Origin: a virus
Strand: one strand, 5' to 3'
IMG/VR virus record: IMGVR_UViG_3300048032_000927
Location: 51,246 to 115,245 of that record
DNA: 64,000 nucleotides
The translations under genes and the position numbers were made by a program. The notes beneath the pieces are model-generated. The model ran no database searches, was not told where the DNA came from, and saw nothing but the letters and a program-made list of their open reading frames with translations. This document shows, one piece after another, positions 48,757-58,004 of the stretch; position 1 is the stretch's first letter; each line of letters opens with the position of its first letter.

Positions 48757-49026
48757 ATGACAGATACAATTGAGAACATTTGCTATGAATATGCAGAAAA
48801 TTCTTTATTCTCTAAAGACGTTACTATTTTTGGCGCGCCAATAAAGATAATTGTTTACTTGCAATACAAGTATATCGGAGAGCTCTCAAAGTTTTTATGT
48901 AATTACGGTTACGAGATCTCTTCTCAGAAAAATACAGGTAAGCATTTTGGTATAGTTAGGTTTGAACTAACAAATGTGAGCGCTCTTGATTGTTTCTTCG
49001 ACAATAACAAAAGAGGAGGGATTTAA
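48757..49026 (+). CDS. Hypothetical protein
   Basis: 89-aa ORF with promoter motif. Confidence 0.5.
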   Translation: MTDTIENICYEYAENSLFSKDVTIFGAPIKIIVYLQYKYIGELSKFLCNYGYEISSQKNTGKHFGIVRFELTNVSALDCFFDNNKRGGI

Positions 49027-49027
49027 A

Positions 49028-50191
49028 ATGTTTTTAGTGGGGATAATATTTTTATCTGGCATATCAATATCGTTGGTTGCTGCATATTTTAGTATAGTTG
49101 GTTTAGCTACAATGTTTCCGGGTTCTATGGAAGCTATCGTTATAATGGGGGCGGTGCTTGAAATAGGGAAGCTCGTCGCAGCCGTCTGGCTTCACAAAAA
49201 TTGGCATGAAGCTTTTGGTTTCCTCAAGTATTACTTGCTTTTAGCTGTCGTAGTATTAAGTGCTATAACCAGTATGGGCATCTTTGGTTTTCTATCAAAG
49301 TCTCATGTAGAACATGGCGCATCAATTGAAAAAGAACAGGCGGTTGTAGCGCAGATTGAAAGCAAAATAGAAAGAAAACAAACGTTCATCACCCAAAGAA
49401 AAGATCTACTCACTCAGTTTGAAAAACAAACACAGTCTACAAGCGAAGGCTCAGATCAAATCATCAAAAGACTAGACGATAGAATAAAAGCAATAAAAGA
49501 AGAAGAGACCTCTTTATTAAAAACACAAAATGATTTATTGTTAAAATTTGATGCAGATATAAAAATACTAGATCAGGAACTTGAATCATCTAAAAAGAGT
49601 ACAGGTTTTTTTGGCGCCAATAATTTCGATACAGTCAATAACTCGCAAAAGCCTAAGCGAGAACAGATAAATAAAGACAGGAATCTTGCCTTAGAAAAAA
49701 TTGAAACAGTTAAAAAAGAAACTATTCAAAAAATCTCAGATGTTAGATCCCAGATTGACTCAATACAGTTTCAAGATAAACCTACCACAATAGACAATCC
49801 AAAAATATCTCAGTATCAAAACGATATAGAGGAAGCTTATAATGAGATTGGTGAATTAGAGAATGAAAAATTTGAATATGGAGCAGCATTGAGAGCGCTA
49901 GAGACAGAAATTGGGCCAATTAAATATATTGTTGGGGCGCTTGACGAATGGATAGGTTTAGATGTTAATACAGAACAGGCTATTAGAATCATTATAGTTA
50001 TTTTAATTTTTGTTTTTGATCCTTTGGCTATACTTCTTTTGATTGCTGCAACGATCACTTATTCTAAGAATAAAGAAGAAGATCTTCCGCCTGACATAAG
50101 AGATATAAGAAACAAACTCTTAGATGAATTAGAAGAGTATATAAACGAAGGCGGTTTAGCTGAACATTTTATTGAAAGAACAAAGAAATAG
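49028..50191 (+). CDS. Membrane-anchored coiled-coil phage protein
   Basis: Three N-terminal TM helices (AAYFSIVGL, LEIGKL, TSMGIFGFLSK), long coiled coil, EIGPIKY, C-terminal TM FVFDPLA; GGAGG upstream of ATG 49028. Confidence 0.7.
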   Translation: MFLVGIIFLSGISISLVAAYFSIVGLATMFPGSMEAIVIMGAVLEIGKLVAAVWLHKNWHEAFGFLKYYLLLAVVVLSAITSMGIFGFLSKSHVEHGASIEKEQAVVAQIESKIERKQTFITQRKDLLTQFEKQTQSTSEGSDQIIKRLDDRIKAIKEEETSLLKTQNDLLLKFDADIKILDQELESSKKSTGFFGANNFDTVNNSQKPKREQINKDRNLALEKIETVKKETIQKISDVRSQIDSIQFQDKPTTIDNPKISQYQNDIEEAYNEIGELENEKFEYGAALRALETEIGPIKYIVGALDEWIGLDVNTEQAIRIIIVILIFVFDPLAILLLIAATITYSKNKEEDLPPDIRDIRNKLLDELEEYINEGGLAEHFIERTKK

Positions 50192-50192
50192 C

Positions 50193-50221
50193 TTGACTTT
50201 AGGCGGCGCATATGCTAAATT
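50193..50221 (+). promoter_or_regulatory. Class I sigma70 promoter, leaderless polymerase operon
   Basis: TTGACT-N17-TAAATT with TGn; ATG 50228 is 7 nt after the hexamer. Confidence 0.7.
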
Positions 50222-50227
50222 ATATGC

Positions 50228-51001
50228 ATGTTGCTTCCATTATTTAAAAGTCATTTTTCAATAGGAAAATCAATACTAACTCTAGACGCCCCAAAAGAAG
50301 AAGGCAAGGATCAATCATCTGATTCAGTTTTTGATATTGCCTCACAAAATAATCTAGACAAAGTAGTTCTAGTTGAAGATTCTTTTATGGGTTTTTTGCA
50401 GGCTCGTAAAATTTGCTCTGAATTATCTAAGCAGTTAATATTTGGAATTCGATTAGATTTTTGTGAGGACGCCTCTAATATAGAAGACGCGAAAGATGTC
50501 ACATGCAGTCATAAAATTATCATTTTCCCAAAAAACTCTGAAGGGTGCAAAAACCTGAATCATATATACACCCTAGCTAAAACAAAACACAATGGCTGGC
50601 TAGACCTCAATATACTTAAAAAGCATTGGGTAGAAGAAAACCTTGCGCTAGCTGTTCCCTTTTACGATTCTTTTCTTTTTAAAAATTTAACTACTTTTCA
50701 ATCGTGTTTTGTAAATTTCACTTTTACCAAGCCAACCTTTTTCGTAGAAGATAACGGGTTACCGTTTGATTCGATGATCAAGGACTCTGTTTCAAAGTAT
50801 TGCGAAACAAACGATCTAATGACTCAGAAAGTTCAATCAATTTACTATAAAAATAAAAAAGACTTTTCTGCTTATTTAACATACAAATTAATATGTGGCA
50901 GGAATTCGTTTGCAGGAAAAGAGCTTTCATTAGAAAAACCTAACTTTGACCACTTGGGCAGCGATCAGTTTTGTTGGGAAAGCTACATGGAGAAAGTATA
51001 A
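50228..51001 (+). CDS. Stand-alone PHP domain of DNA polymerase III alpha (degenerate)
   Basis: FKSHFSIGKS, VLVED, LIFG, IFPKNSEGCKNL match the DnaE N-terminus. Confidence 0.78.
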   Translation: MLLPLFKSHFSIGKSILTLDAPKEEGKDQSSDSVFDIASQNNLDKVVLVEDSFMGFLQARKICSELSKQLIFGIRLDFCEDASNIEDAKDVTCSHKIIIFPKNSEGCKNLNHIYTLAKTKHNGWLDLNILKKHWVEENLALAVPFYDSFLFKNLTTFQSCFVNFTFTKPTFFVEDNGLPFDSMIKDSVSKYCETNDLMTQKVQSIYYKNKKDFSAYLTYKLICGRNSFAGKELSLEKPNFDHLGSDQFCWESYMEKV

Positions 51002-51003
51002 AA

Positions 51004-51642
51004 ATGGAAGATTTACTAAGATTTAAAAAGCAACAAAAGTATATGGTTTTTGATTTCGAAACCTGTAACTTGAATTTAGTTTCGGAGCACAACAAGCCTT
51101 GGCAGTTAGCGTTTTTAATTTATCATGGAGATAAACTCGTTGAATCAAACGATTACCATATTCATTGGGAAGATTTACGCATGTCCGAAGGAGCGCGAAA
51201 AGTCACAGGTTTTAATGATTCTAAATACAAGCGTTTAGCTAAACCGGCGGAAGAAGTACTAGATCACTTCGAGAAGTATTTATACGATGATGATTACATT
51301 AAGCTTGGTCATAACATATTTGGTTTTGATATTTATATCCACAATATTTTCAGGCGTCTTTTGGGAAGAAAGACAGATTACTCCTACTTGAACTCCTCGA
51401 TTGATACTCTTTGTTTAGCTAAAGCTATATACAAAGAAATAGATCTCAACGAAGATGATCAGTTTTTATCTTGGCAGTTTAAACTAAACTCTATTTACGA
51501 AAGAGGAATGAGGCTAAATTTGGGGGCATGCTGCAAAACTTATGAAGTTGATTTTGATCCTGCTAAACTGCACGATGCACTCTATGATATACAAAAAAAC
51601 TACGAAGTCTTTAAAAAAATGCTATGGAAAATCAAAATATGA
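51004..51642 (+). CDS. DEDDh 3'-5' exonuclease (DnaQ/epsilon-like)
   Basis: FDFET, GHNIFGFD, IDTL, HDALYD. Confidence 0.88.
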   Translation: MEDLLRFKKQQKYMVFDFETCNLNLVSEHNKPWQLAFLIYHGDKLVESNDYHIHWEDLRMSEGARKVTGFNDSKYKRLAKPAEEVLDHFEKYLYDDDYIKLGHNIFGFDIYIHNIFRRLLGRKTDYSYLNSSIDTLCLAKAIYKEIDLNEDDQFLSWQFKLNSIYERGMRLNLGACCKTYEVDFDPAKLHDALYDIQKNYEVFKKMLWKIKI

Positions 51643-51860
51643 AAGAAAATATAAATTGCTATCTTGAATTATACTCAAAAGAGATCCATAATCTGATGGA
51701 AGAGTCTACTTATTTATACGAAAAAATAAATTCCAAGCCTAGGTCTTATTGGGAATTTAACAAAAAAGAATATAATAATATTTTGAAACAAATTAAAGAC
51801 ATCGAAACAAGTGGGGAAGCTTTGCTTACTTGCAAAAATGATTGTATAGCAGATTTATGA
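51639..51860 (+). CDS. Small helical hypothetical protein
   Basis: ATGA-coupled to both neighbours. Confidence 0.55.
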   Translation: MKENINCYLELYSKEIHNLMEESTYLYEKINSKPRSYWEFNKKEYNNILKQIKDIETSGEALLTCKNDCIADL

Positions 51861-54433
51861 TATCCTTCGTAGAACAATTCACAGAGTACACTGATTGTAT
51901 ACCGCCAGGTGTTCGCTTACCTAAGATTGAAATCAGCCAAAAGCAGTATGAATCCATCAACGCGGACCCAACTATATCAAATTATGATTTTCTTCGCAAG
52001 TTATGCTTAGCAGGTGTTAAACAAAAAGGTATAAATAAATTCAAAAATGCCCAAGATTACTATGATAGAGTAAAAGAAGAACTTTCAATATTAAAAGAAC
52101 TAGGATTTATAGATTACATATTATTAAATTGGGATATTTTAAACTATTGCCACGAAAGTGACATACCCACGGGGCCAGGAAGGGGCAGTGCCGCTGGATG
52201 CTTAGTGCTCTATTTGATTGATGTAACGAAGATTGATCCAATTAAATATGATTTATTCTTTGAAAGGTTTGTCAGTAAAAGCAGAGCTAAAAAGATAGAA
52301 AAGGATGGCATTACATATCTAGATGGAAGTTTATTAGCAGATGTTGATAATGACATTGCCTATGAACACAGATACAAGGTTATTGATTATATTGAGAACA
52401 AATACCCTGGGCGAACTGCAAAAATTCTAACACTTAACACTTTGAGTAGTAAACTCTGCATCAGAGAATGTGGCAAAATAGTGGGTGGCTTTAACGAGTC
52501 AGACATCAATGCAATTACTGCGCTAATACCTAAAAACTTTGGTAAAGTTTCATCTATCCACGAGGCTATCGAAACAACAGAAAAACTAAAAGAATGGGCC
52601 GAAGATAACATTGAAGTAATTAGAATTTCTAAAAAATTAGAAAATTTAAATAAAAATAGTGGAGTGCATCCATCTGGAATAGCTATTTCGCATGACGAGA
52701 TATCAACCTTATCTCCATTGCAAGCTACCAACGAAGGGGCATTGGTTACTGCTTATGATATGAATTGGGTTGCAGAGCTGATGGTTAAGTTTGATATCCT
52801 TGGTTTAAGGACTCTCAGTGTTGTGTACGATGCTTGTGAATCTCTCGATATTGATCCACTTAAAATTCCACTAGACGACAAAAAGACATACCTACCATTT
52901 CAGGAGCTAGAATATGCTCATGGCTTATTTCAAATAGAAGCGCATACTAACTTTAGTGTTTGTAAAAAAATAAAGCCAACCAACCTAGAACAACTAAGCG
53001 CTGTTGTAGCGATTGCAAGACCTGGAGCACTAGACTTTGCTGACCAATATTCAGACTATGTCAGGACAGGAGATTTTCAAAGCCAACATGAAATATATGA
53101 TGATGTGCTCTCCTATACAGGGGGCATCCCGCTGTACCAAGAACAGCTAATGAAAATGGCCGTAAACATTGGCTTCACACTCGATGAAGCTGAACAGCTC
53201 AGAAGGATCGTTGGCAAGAAAAAAGTTGACCAAATGCCCGCATGGAAAGCTAAGATTGAAGCTAAAATAATAGAAAACAAACTACCGCTTGAGGCAGGAG
53301 ATATATTATGGAGAGTCGCGGAAGACAGTGCGAATTATTCTTTCAACAAAAGCCATTCGATTGCTTATAGCACACTCAGTGCTTGGACCACTTATTTAAA
53401 ATTTAATCACCCTAAAGAGTTTTTTCTTTCTTTGCTAAAAATGACCAAGTTTGAGCCTACGCCACAGGCAGAGGTATCACGAATCAGCCAAGAGTTGCCT
53501 TTCTTTGGTATCAAACTATTACCTCCGAGTATATTACGTTCCAAAATGGACTTCTCAATTGAGGGAGATAATATTAGGTACGGCTTAAGTAGCATCAAAG
53601 GAATTAGTGAAAAGTCTTTGAATGCGCTCCGTAAATTTAGAGACGAAGAAAGTAAAACTAAATTTGATTTATTTTTGGCGGCAAAGTCTGCAGGACTTAA
53701 TATCGGGGTACTATCAGCATTAATACAAGCAGGCGCTCTCACTGACGATCCAACGGATGATAGATCAAAGCTTGTGCTTGAAGCTCAATTGTTTAATATT
53801 CTTACTGACAGGGAGAAACGTAACTTCATAGCTATATCTGAGGCTGATGGAGTGGATCTTTTTGCTATATTTAAAAGAGTTACAGAGTCAAACTTTACTG
53901 AAATAGGCGATGACAACAGATCACTAATTAAAGAATCAAGATACAATACATTAAAAAAGAAATATGATCCTTATAAAAAAATCTATTATAAAAATAGTAA
54001 AAGTCAAAAATTTGCAAATTGGTATTTTGAAAAACAATTATTAGGATTCAGTTATTCCTCTCAATTATCTCAAGTATTTGATCATGATACAAACAAACCT
54101 AAAAATTCTGTTTATTTTAAATCTTTAGAGCCTCGAGAATCTTCCAAGTATATCTTTTCTGTAGCTTTTTCGAAGAAAGATAAATCAAGAAACGGTAATA
54201 TGTATATCAAACTAGAGCTTGAAGATGAGTTTGGCACGGTTAACGCAATCCTTTGCGATACTGCCCGAGAAAAGAAATGCACAAACTATATAGAAAAGCA
54301 TAAAGTGCCCAAAGAAGGCAGCATAGTAACACTACATGGAGAAAAAACCAGAGATGGAGATGCTATTTTTGTAAACAATATGAAGATAGTTGATGAAATG
54401 ATATATATGAACTTAAAAGATCTTAAAGTGTAA
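51857..54433 (+). CDS. dnaE: DNA polymerase III alpha core lacking the PHP domain
   Basis: GPGRGSAAG, FERF, DVDND, HPSG, KFDILGL, YQEQ, YSFNKSH, C-terminal OB fold. Confidence 0.93.
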   Translation: MISFVEQFTEYTDCIPPGVRLPKIEISQKQYESINADPTISNYDFLRKLCLAGVKQKGINKFKNAQDYYDRVKEELSILKELGFIDYILLNWDILNYCHESDIPTGPGRGSAAGCLVLYLIDVTKIDPIKYDLFFERFVSKSRAKKIEKDGITYLDGSLLADVDNDIAYEHRYKVIDYIENKYPGRTAKILTLNTLSSKLCIRECGKIVGGFNESDINAITALIPKNFGKVSSIHEAIETTEKLKEWAEDNIEVIRISKKLENLNKNSGVHPSGIAISHDEISTLSPLQATNEGALVTAYDMNWVAELMVKFDILGLRTLSVVYDACESLDIDPLKIPLDDKKTYLPFQELEYAHGLFQIEAHTNFSVCKKIKPTNLEQLSAVVAIARPGALDFADQYSDYVRTGDFQSQHEIYDDVLSYTGGIPLYQEQLMKMAVNIGFTLDEAEQLRRIVGKKKVDQMPAWKAKIEAKIIENKLPLEAGDILWRVAEDSANYSFNKSHSIAYSTLSAWTTYLKFNHPKEFFLSLLKMTKFEPTPQAEVSRISQELPFFGIKLLPPSILRSKMDFSIEGDNIRYGLSSIKGISEKSLNALRKFRDEESKTKFDLFLAAKSAGLNIGVLSALIQAGALTDDPTDDRSKLVLEAQLFNILTDREKRNFIAISEADGVDLFAIFKRVTESNFTEIGDDNRSLIKESRYNTLKKKYDPYKKIYYKNSKSQKFANWYFEKQLLGFSYSSQLSQVFDHDTNKPKNSVYFKSLEPRESSKYIFSVAFSKKDKSRNGNMYIKLELEDEFGTVNAILCDTAREKKCTNYIEKHKVPKEGSIVTLHGEKTRDGDAIFVNNMKIVDEMIYMNLKDLKV

Positions 54434-54436
54434 CCA
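54428..54436 (+). promoter_or_regulatory. Class II motif overlapping dnaE stop
   Basis: GTGTAACCA, 16 nt before ATG 54444. Confidence 0.5.
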
Positions 54437-54443
54437 TATGGGA

Positions 54444-56852
54444 ATGGATACTTCACCCAACTTTACTCCAAAGGCTCAACAGCTTATTTCTCAAGCTAAG
54501 TTTTTTGCAACATCTTTAAATGATCATGAAGTTGAAGCAGCTCACCTACTCTTAGTTATATTAAACTCTAAGCATTCATTGATTGATGATTTTATCGAAA
54601 GCTTTGGTTTTAGCTCTGAAGAAATTAAAGTTTTCGTGACTACTTTTTGCGGACTTAAAAAGAATGACGCAGAAGTCTACGAGGCTAAATTCTCTGAAGA
54701 GTTTGCGATAGTTCTTTCCAAAGCCCATGAATTTGCTGAAGAAATAAGCGATGCCTATATAGATGTTGAACACTTCTTTTTTGTGTTCTTAAACTCTTTT
54801 GATGGAGCGCTTTATAGTTTCTTTAAGGCTTATGATGTTGATATCGAAACGCTTGTCAAATCTTTTATCATCTTAATTAAAAGTGACGACAGTATGCTCG
54901 GTTTGCAAAAACCGCCACAACAACCTAGGATTCCTCGATCCAATCCAACTGCTTCTAATACCAAGGGCGATAGCATGCTAGAATCATTTGCCGTGAATCT
55001 AAATAACTTGTGCTTGTCTGGAAAGATTGGTGCGATCATAGGTAAAGATTATGAAATTGATCGCGTTTGTGAGATTTTATCGCGGAAGATAAAAAATAAT
55101 CCCCTATTGATAGGCGACCCAGGGGTCGGCAAAACAGCTATAGTTGAAGGCTTGGCTCATAGAATTGTATCATCAAAAGTTCCACCTTTCTTATTAAACA
55201 AAGAAGTTTATGCTGTTGATCTTGCCTCGATGATTGCTGGCACAAAATATAGAGGTCAGTTTGAGCAGAGAATTAAATCATTACTTTCTGAGTGCCAAGA
55301 TAACCCTAATGTTATTCTGTTTATTGATGAGACTCATACTCTTGTGGGTGCTGGCGGCGCAGAAGGAGCAATGGATGCCGCTAACATCTTAAAACCTGCA
55401 TTAGCTAGAGGCGAAGTAACCCTTATCGGCGCGACCACTTTTCCAGAGTTTAAGAAGAATATCGAGAAAGATGTAGCGTTGACTCGTCGGTTTGAAAGCA
55501 TTCATGTACAGGAACCTAGCCCCGAAGAATGCTTGCTGATATTAAAAGGCTTAAAGAAGTCGTATGAAGATTTCCATGATGTAAAATACTCTGTTAAAGT
55601 TTTAAGCGAGATTGTCAAACTCTGCGACTTATATCTTCCCAACAGAAGATTTCCTGATAAAGCAATTGACGTGCTTGATGAAGTCGGCGCCAAAGTAAAA
55701 ATAAGAAACCTCACTCCTCCCAAAGAAATTTCTGAACTAGAAGATAAAATTTACGGAACAATAGACTCGGATGACCATGATATTGATCTTGAAAAAAATT
55801 TAATTGATGAATATGATAAACTTCTCGATGCATGGAGAAAAGAAGAAATAGAAGGGATTGATATAGATGACATCCTAGAGGTTATATCGCAAAAAACAAA
55901 AGTTCCAAAAGAAAATTTAATTCATGATAAAGACGAAAAAACCAAATCAATTCAAAAATCTCTAGCTAAAGATGTAATTAATCAGCCAGAAGCGGTTTCT
56001 TGTATGAGTCGAGCTATTCTTCGTTCTAAAATCGGCCTCAAAGATCATTGCAAACCGATTGGATCGTTTTTATTTTTGGGGGCTACAGGCGTTGGCAAGA
56101 CATGGAGTGCTAAAATGCTTGCAAAACATTACTTTGGTTCAGAAAAAAACATGTTTCGTTTTGATATGTCTGAATATTCGGAAAAAGTTTCATCTGCTAA
56201 ATTAATTGGGGCATCTCCAGGATATGTGGGATATGAAGAGGGCGGCATATTGATCGAGAGTCTAAAGAAAAAACCTCATTGCGTATTGCTGTTTGATGAA
56301 ATAGAGAAGTCTCACCCCGAAGTTCAGCAGTTATTGCTTCAAATCCTGGAAGAAGGTGAAATCGAGGACAATAATGGTCATAAAGCTTACTTCAAAGATA
56401 CCATTGTTATTCTTACCAGCAATATTGGCTCTGAATTAACTACCAAATCGACTCTTGGTTTTGGTCCAAGTCAAGAATCAAACAGCTCTAAGATTCATGA
56501 CGCTGCCAAAAAAATTCTCAGCCCCGAACTTATCAATCGACTTGATGAAATAGTAATATTCAACCATTTAGAGGAAAAAGATCTGCAAAAAATATTCAAA
56601 AAACAAATCAGAGACCTACAAAAGAAATTAAAATCTAAAAAAATTAAAATTAATTATTCAAATGAGGTTATGAATCATATTTGCAAAGATGCGGCTTCCC
56701 AGAAAATGGGCGCTAGACCTCTCAAGCGAATAATACAACAAAATATAGCTGACGAAATCATCAATTTTTATTTTGAATCTGACTCAATTGAGCCAACAAC
56801 ATTTGATTTTCAAGTTTTAAACAACAAAGTAATACATAAGATTGTGAATTAA
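54444..56852 (+). CDS. clpC: ClpC/ClpA-type Hsp100 AAA+ ATPase
   Basis: Clp N domain, [36 protein letters not shown] loop, GARPL; start 54444 or 54438. Confidence 0.88.
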   Translation: MDTSPNFTPKAQQLISQAKFFATSLNDHEVEAAHLLLVILNSKHSLIDDFIESFGFSSEEIKVFVTTFCGLKKNDAEVYEAKFSEEFAIVLSKAHEFAEEISDAYIDVEHFFFVFLNSFDGALYSFFKAYDVDIETLVKSFIILIKSDDSMLGLQKPPQQPRIPRSNPTASNTKGDSMLESFAVNLNNLCLSGKIGAIIGKDYEIDRVCEILSRKIKNNPLLIGDPGVGKTAIVEGLAHRIVSSKVPPFLLNKEVYAVDLASMIAGTKYRGQFEQRIKSLLSECQDNPNVILFIDETHTLVGAGGAEGAMDAANILKPALARGEVTLIGATTFPEFKKNIEKDVALTRRFESIHVQEPSPEECLLILKGLKKSYEDFHDVKYSVKVLSEIVKLCDLYLPNRRFPDKAIDVLDEVGAKVKIRNLTPPKEISELEDKIYGTIDSDDHDIDLEKNLIDEYDKLLDAWRKEEIEGIDIDDILEVISQKTKVPKENLIHDKDEKTKSIQKSLAKDVINQPEAVSCMSRAILRSKIGLKDHCKPIGSFLFLGATGVGKTWSAKMLAKHYFGSEKNMFRFDMSEYSEKVSSAKLIGASPGYVGYEEGGILIESLKKKPHCVLLFDEIEKSHPEVQQLLLQILEEGEIEDNNGHKAYFKDTIVILTSNIGSELTTKSTLGFGPSQESNSSKIHDAAKKILSPELINRLDEIVIFNHLEEKDLQKIFKKQIRDLQKKLKSKKIKINYSNEVMNHICKDAASQKMGARPLKRIIQQNIADEIINFYFESDSIEPTTFDFQVLNNKVIHKIVN

Positions 56853-56875
56853 TAATCCAATAAGAGCCGTAATAG

Positions 56876-56884
56876 GTGTATAAT
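56876..56884 (+). promoter_or_regulatory. Class II motif heading structural gene block
   Basis: GTGTATAAT, 17 nt before ATG 56893. Confidence 0.6.
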
Positions 56885-56892
56885 AACTTATT

Positions 56893-58002
56893 ATGGCAGA
56901 TAGAAAGATTTCACAATTCGATAATTTCACTGGTGATCAAGGGGCGGATGTATTTTATGTCATAGCGAGTGGGATAACAGAGGATCCTGATGCAAAAAAC
57001 TATAAAGTCCCATTTGATGATTTAGCTGAAGATGTATTAGAAAAAAGCCCATGGAAGACAGGCGAAGGATTTGTTTATACAATGTCTCCAGTTACTTCGT
57101 TCGGAACTACTGGAGACTTAGGTTTATACAGGGTCGATGTTAAAGATGACGCAAGATTCAGGGATGATGTAGTAATTAGTGGCTCTTTAAAGTTTAATGA
57201 TGCTCAATCAATTGGTTTAACTGATGATATCAATTTTAATTCTCCATTAGACGTCGATGGAACAATTAAATATTCTAATAGCTTTTTGACTGAAAGCGAC
57301 CTGCCTTCCGCCGCCCAGTACAATGGAATGTTTGCAAAAGTAACCAACTATAATAATACTAATGCGGGTAAATCATTTTTTTCTCATGCTGGTGGGTGGC
57401 ATAAAATTATAGATTCACTTGATTTAAACACTCAAGAGATTGCAGGATCTTTAGATATAGGGTCTCAATTAAACCCATCCTTATTGACCGTTAATCAAGA
57501 TATTGTTGCTGTTCGCAATATTGAAGCTGGATTAAATATTTCTGGGTTCAATTTTATTGCTCTAAATGATATTACCGCCAGCGAAGATATTGCCGGTAAA
57601 AACGTTAGCGCTTCAGTTGATGTTAGCGCTGGCCAAGATATTGGTGCCACAAGAGATATTGGAGCAGGCCAAGACATTGGGGCAGCCCGAAATATTTCGG
57701 CAGGCCAAAACATAACAGCTACTGCTGGCAGCGTATCGGCAGGAACTACGGTTTCAGCAGGAACAAATGTCAGCGCAACCAATAATGTAACCGCAGGTCA
57801 AAATGTGACAGCTACTGCGGGCGGTGTATCGGCAGGAACAGATGTTACTGCTGGTCAAGATATCGGCGCTACAAGAGATATTGGAGCAGGCCAAGACATT
57901 GGGGCAGCCCGAAATGTTTCGGCAGGAAATGCGGTTTACATAGGGGGCGCAGGTGGAGCGGCGCTTTATCTTGATGGCAACGGCGATTTGGTAATTGGCT
58001 AA
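56893..58002 (+). CDS. Putative virion fibre protein with 6-aa beta-helix-like repeats
   Basis: MADRKISQ start, LPSAAQYNGMFAKV...FSHAGGW motif, (S/G/T)AGQ(D/N)(I/V) repeats. Confidence 0.7.
   Translation: MADRKISQFDNFTGDQGADVFYVIASGITEDPDAKNYKVPFDDLAEDVLEKSPWKTGEGFVYTMSPVTSFGTTGDLGLYRVDVKDDARFRDDVVISGSLKFNDAQSIGLTDDINFNSPLDVDGTIKYSNSFLTESDLPSAAQYNGMFAKVTNYNNTNAGKSFFSHAGGWHKIIDSLDLNTQEIAGSLDIGSQLNPSLLTVNQDIVAVRNIEAGLNISGFNFIALNDITASEDIAGKNVSASVDVSAGQDIGATRDIGAGQDIGAARNISAGQNITATAGSVSAGTTVSAGTNVSATNNVTAGQNVTATAGGVSAGTDVTAGQDIGATRDIGAGQDIGAARNVSAGNAVYIGGAGGAALYLDGNGDLVIG
57649..57915 (+). repeat. 45-bp identical direct repeat, 222 bp apart
   Basis: ACAAGAGATATTGGAGCAGGCCAAGACATTGGGGCAGCCCGAAAT at 57649-57693 and 57871-57915. 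Confidence 0.9.
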
Positions 58003-58004
58003 AA

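Noticed and set aside
50228-54433. Split intein in dnaE
   Set aside because: No intein N-terminal (C/S) or C-terminal (HN) splice motifs at the fragment ends
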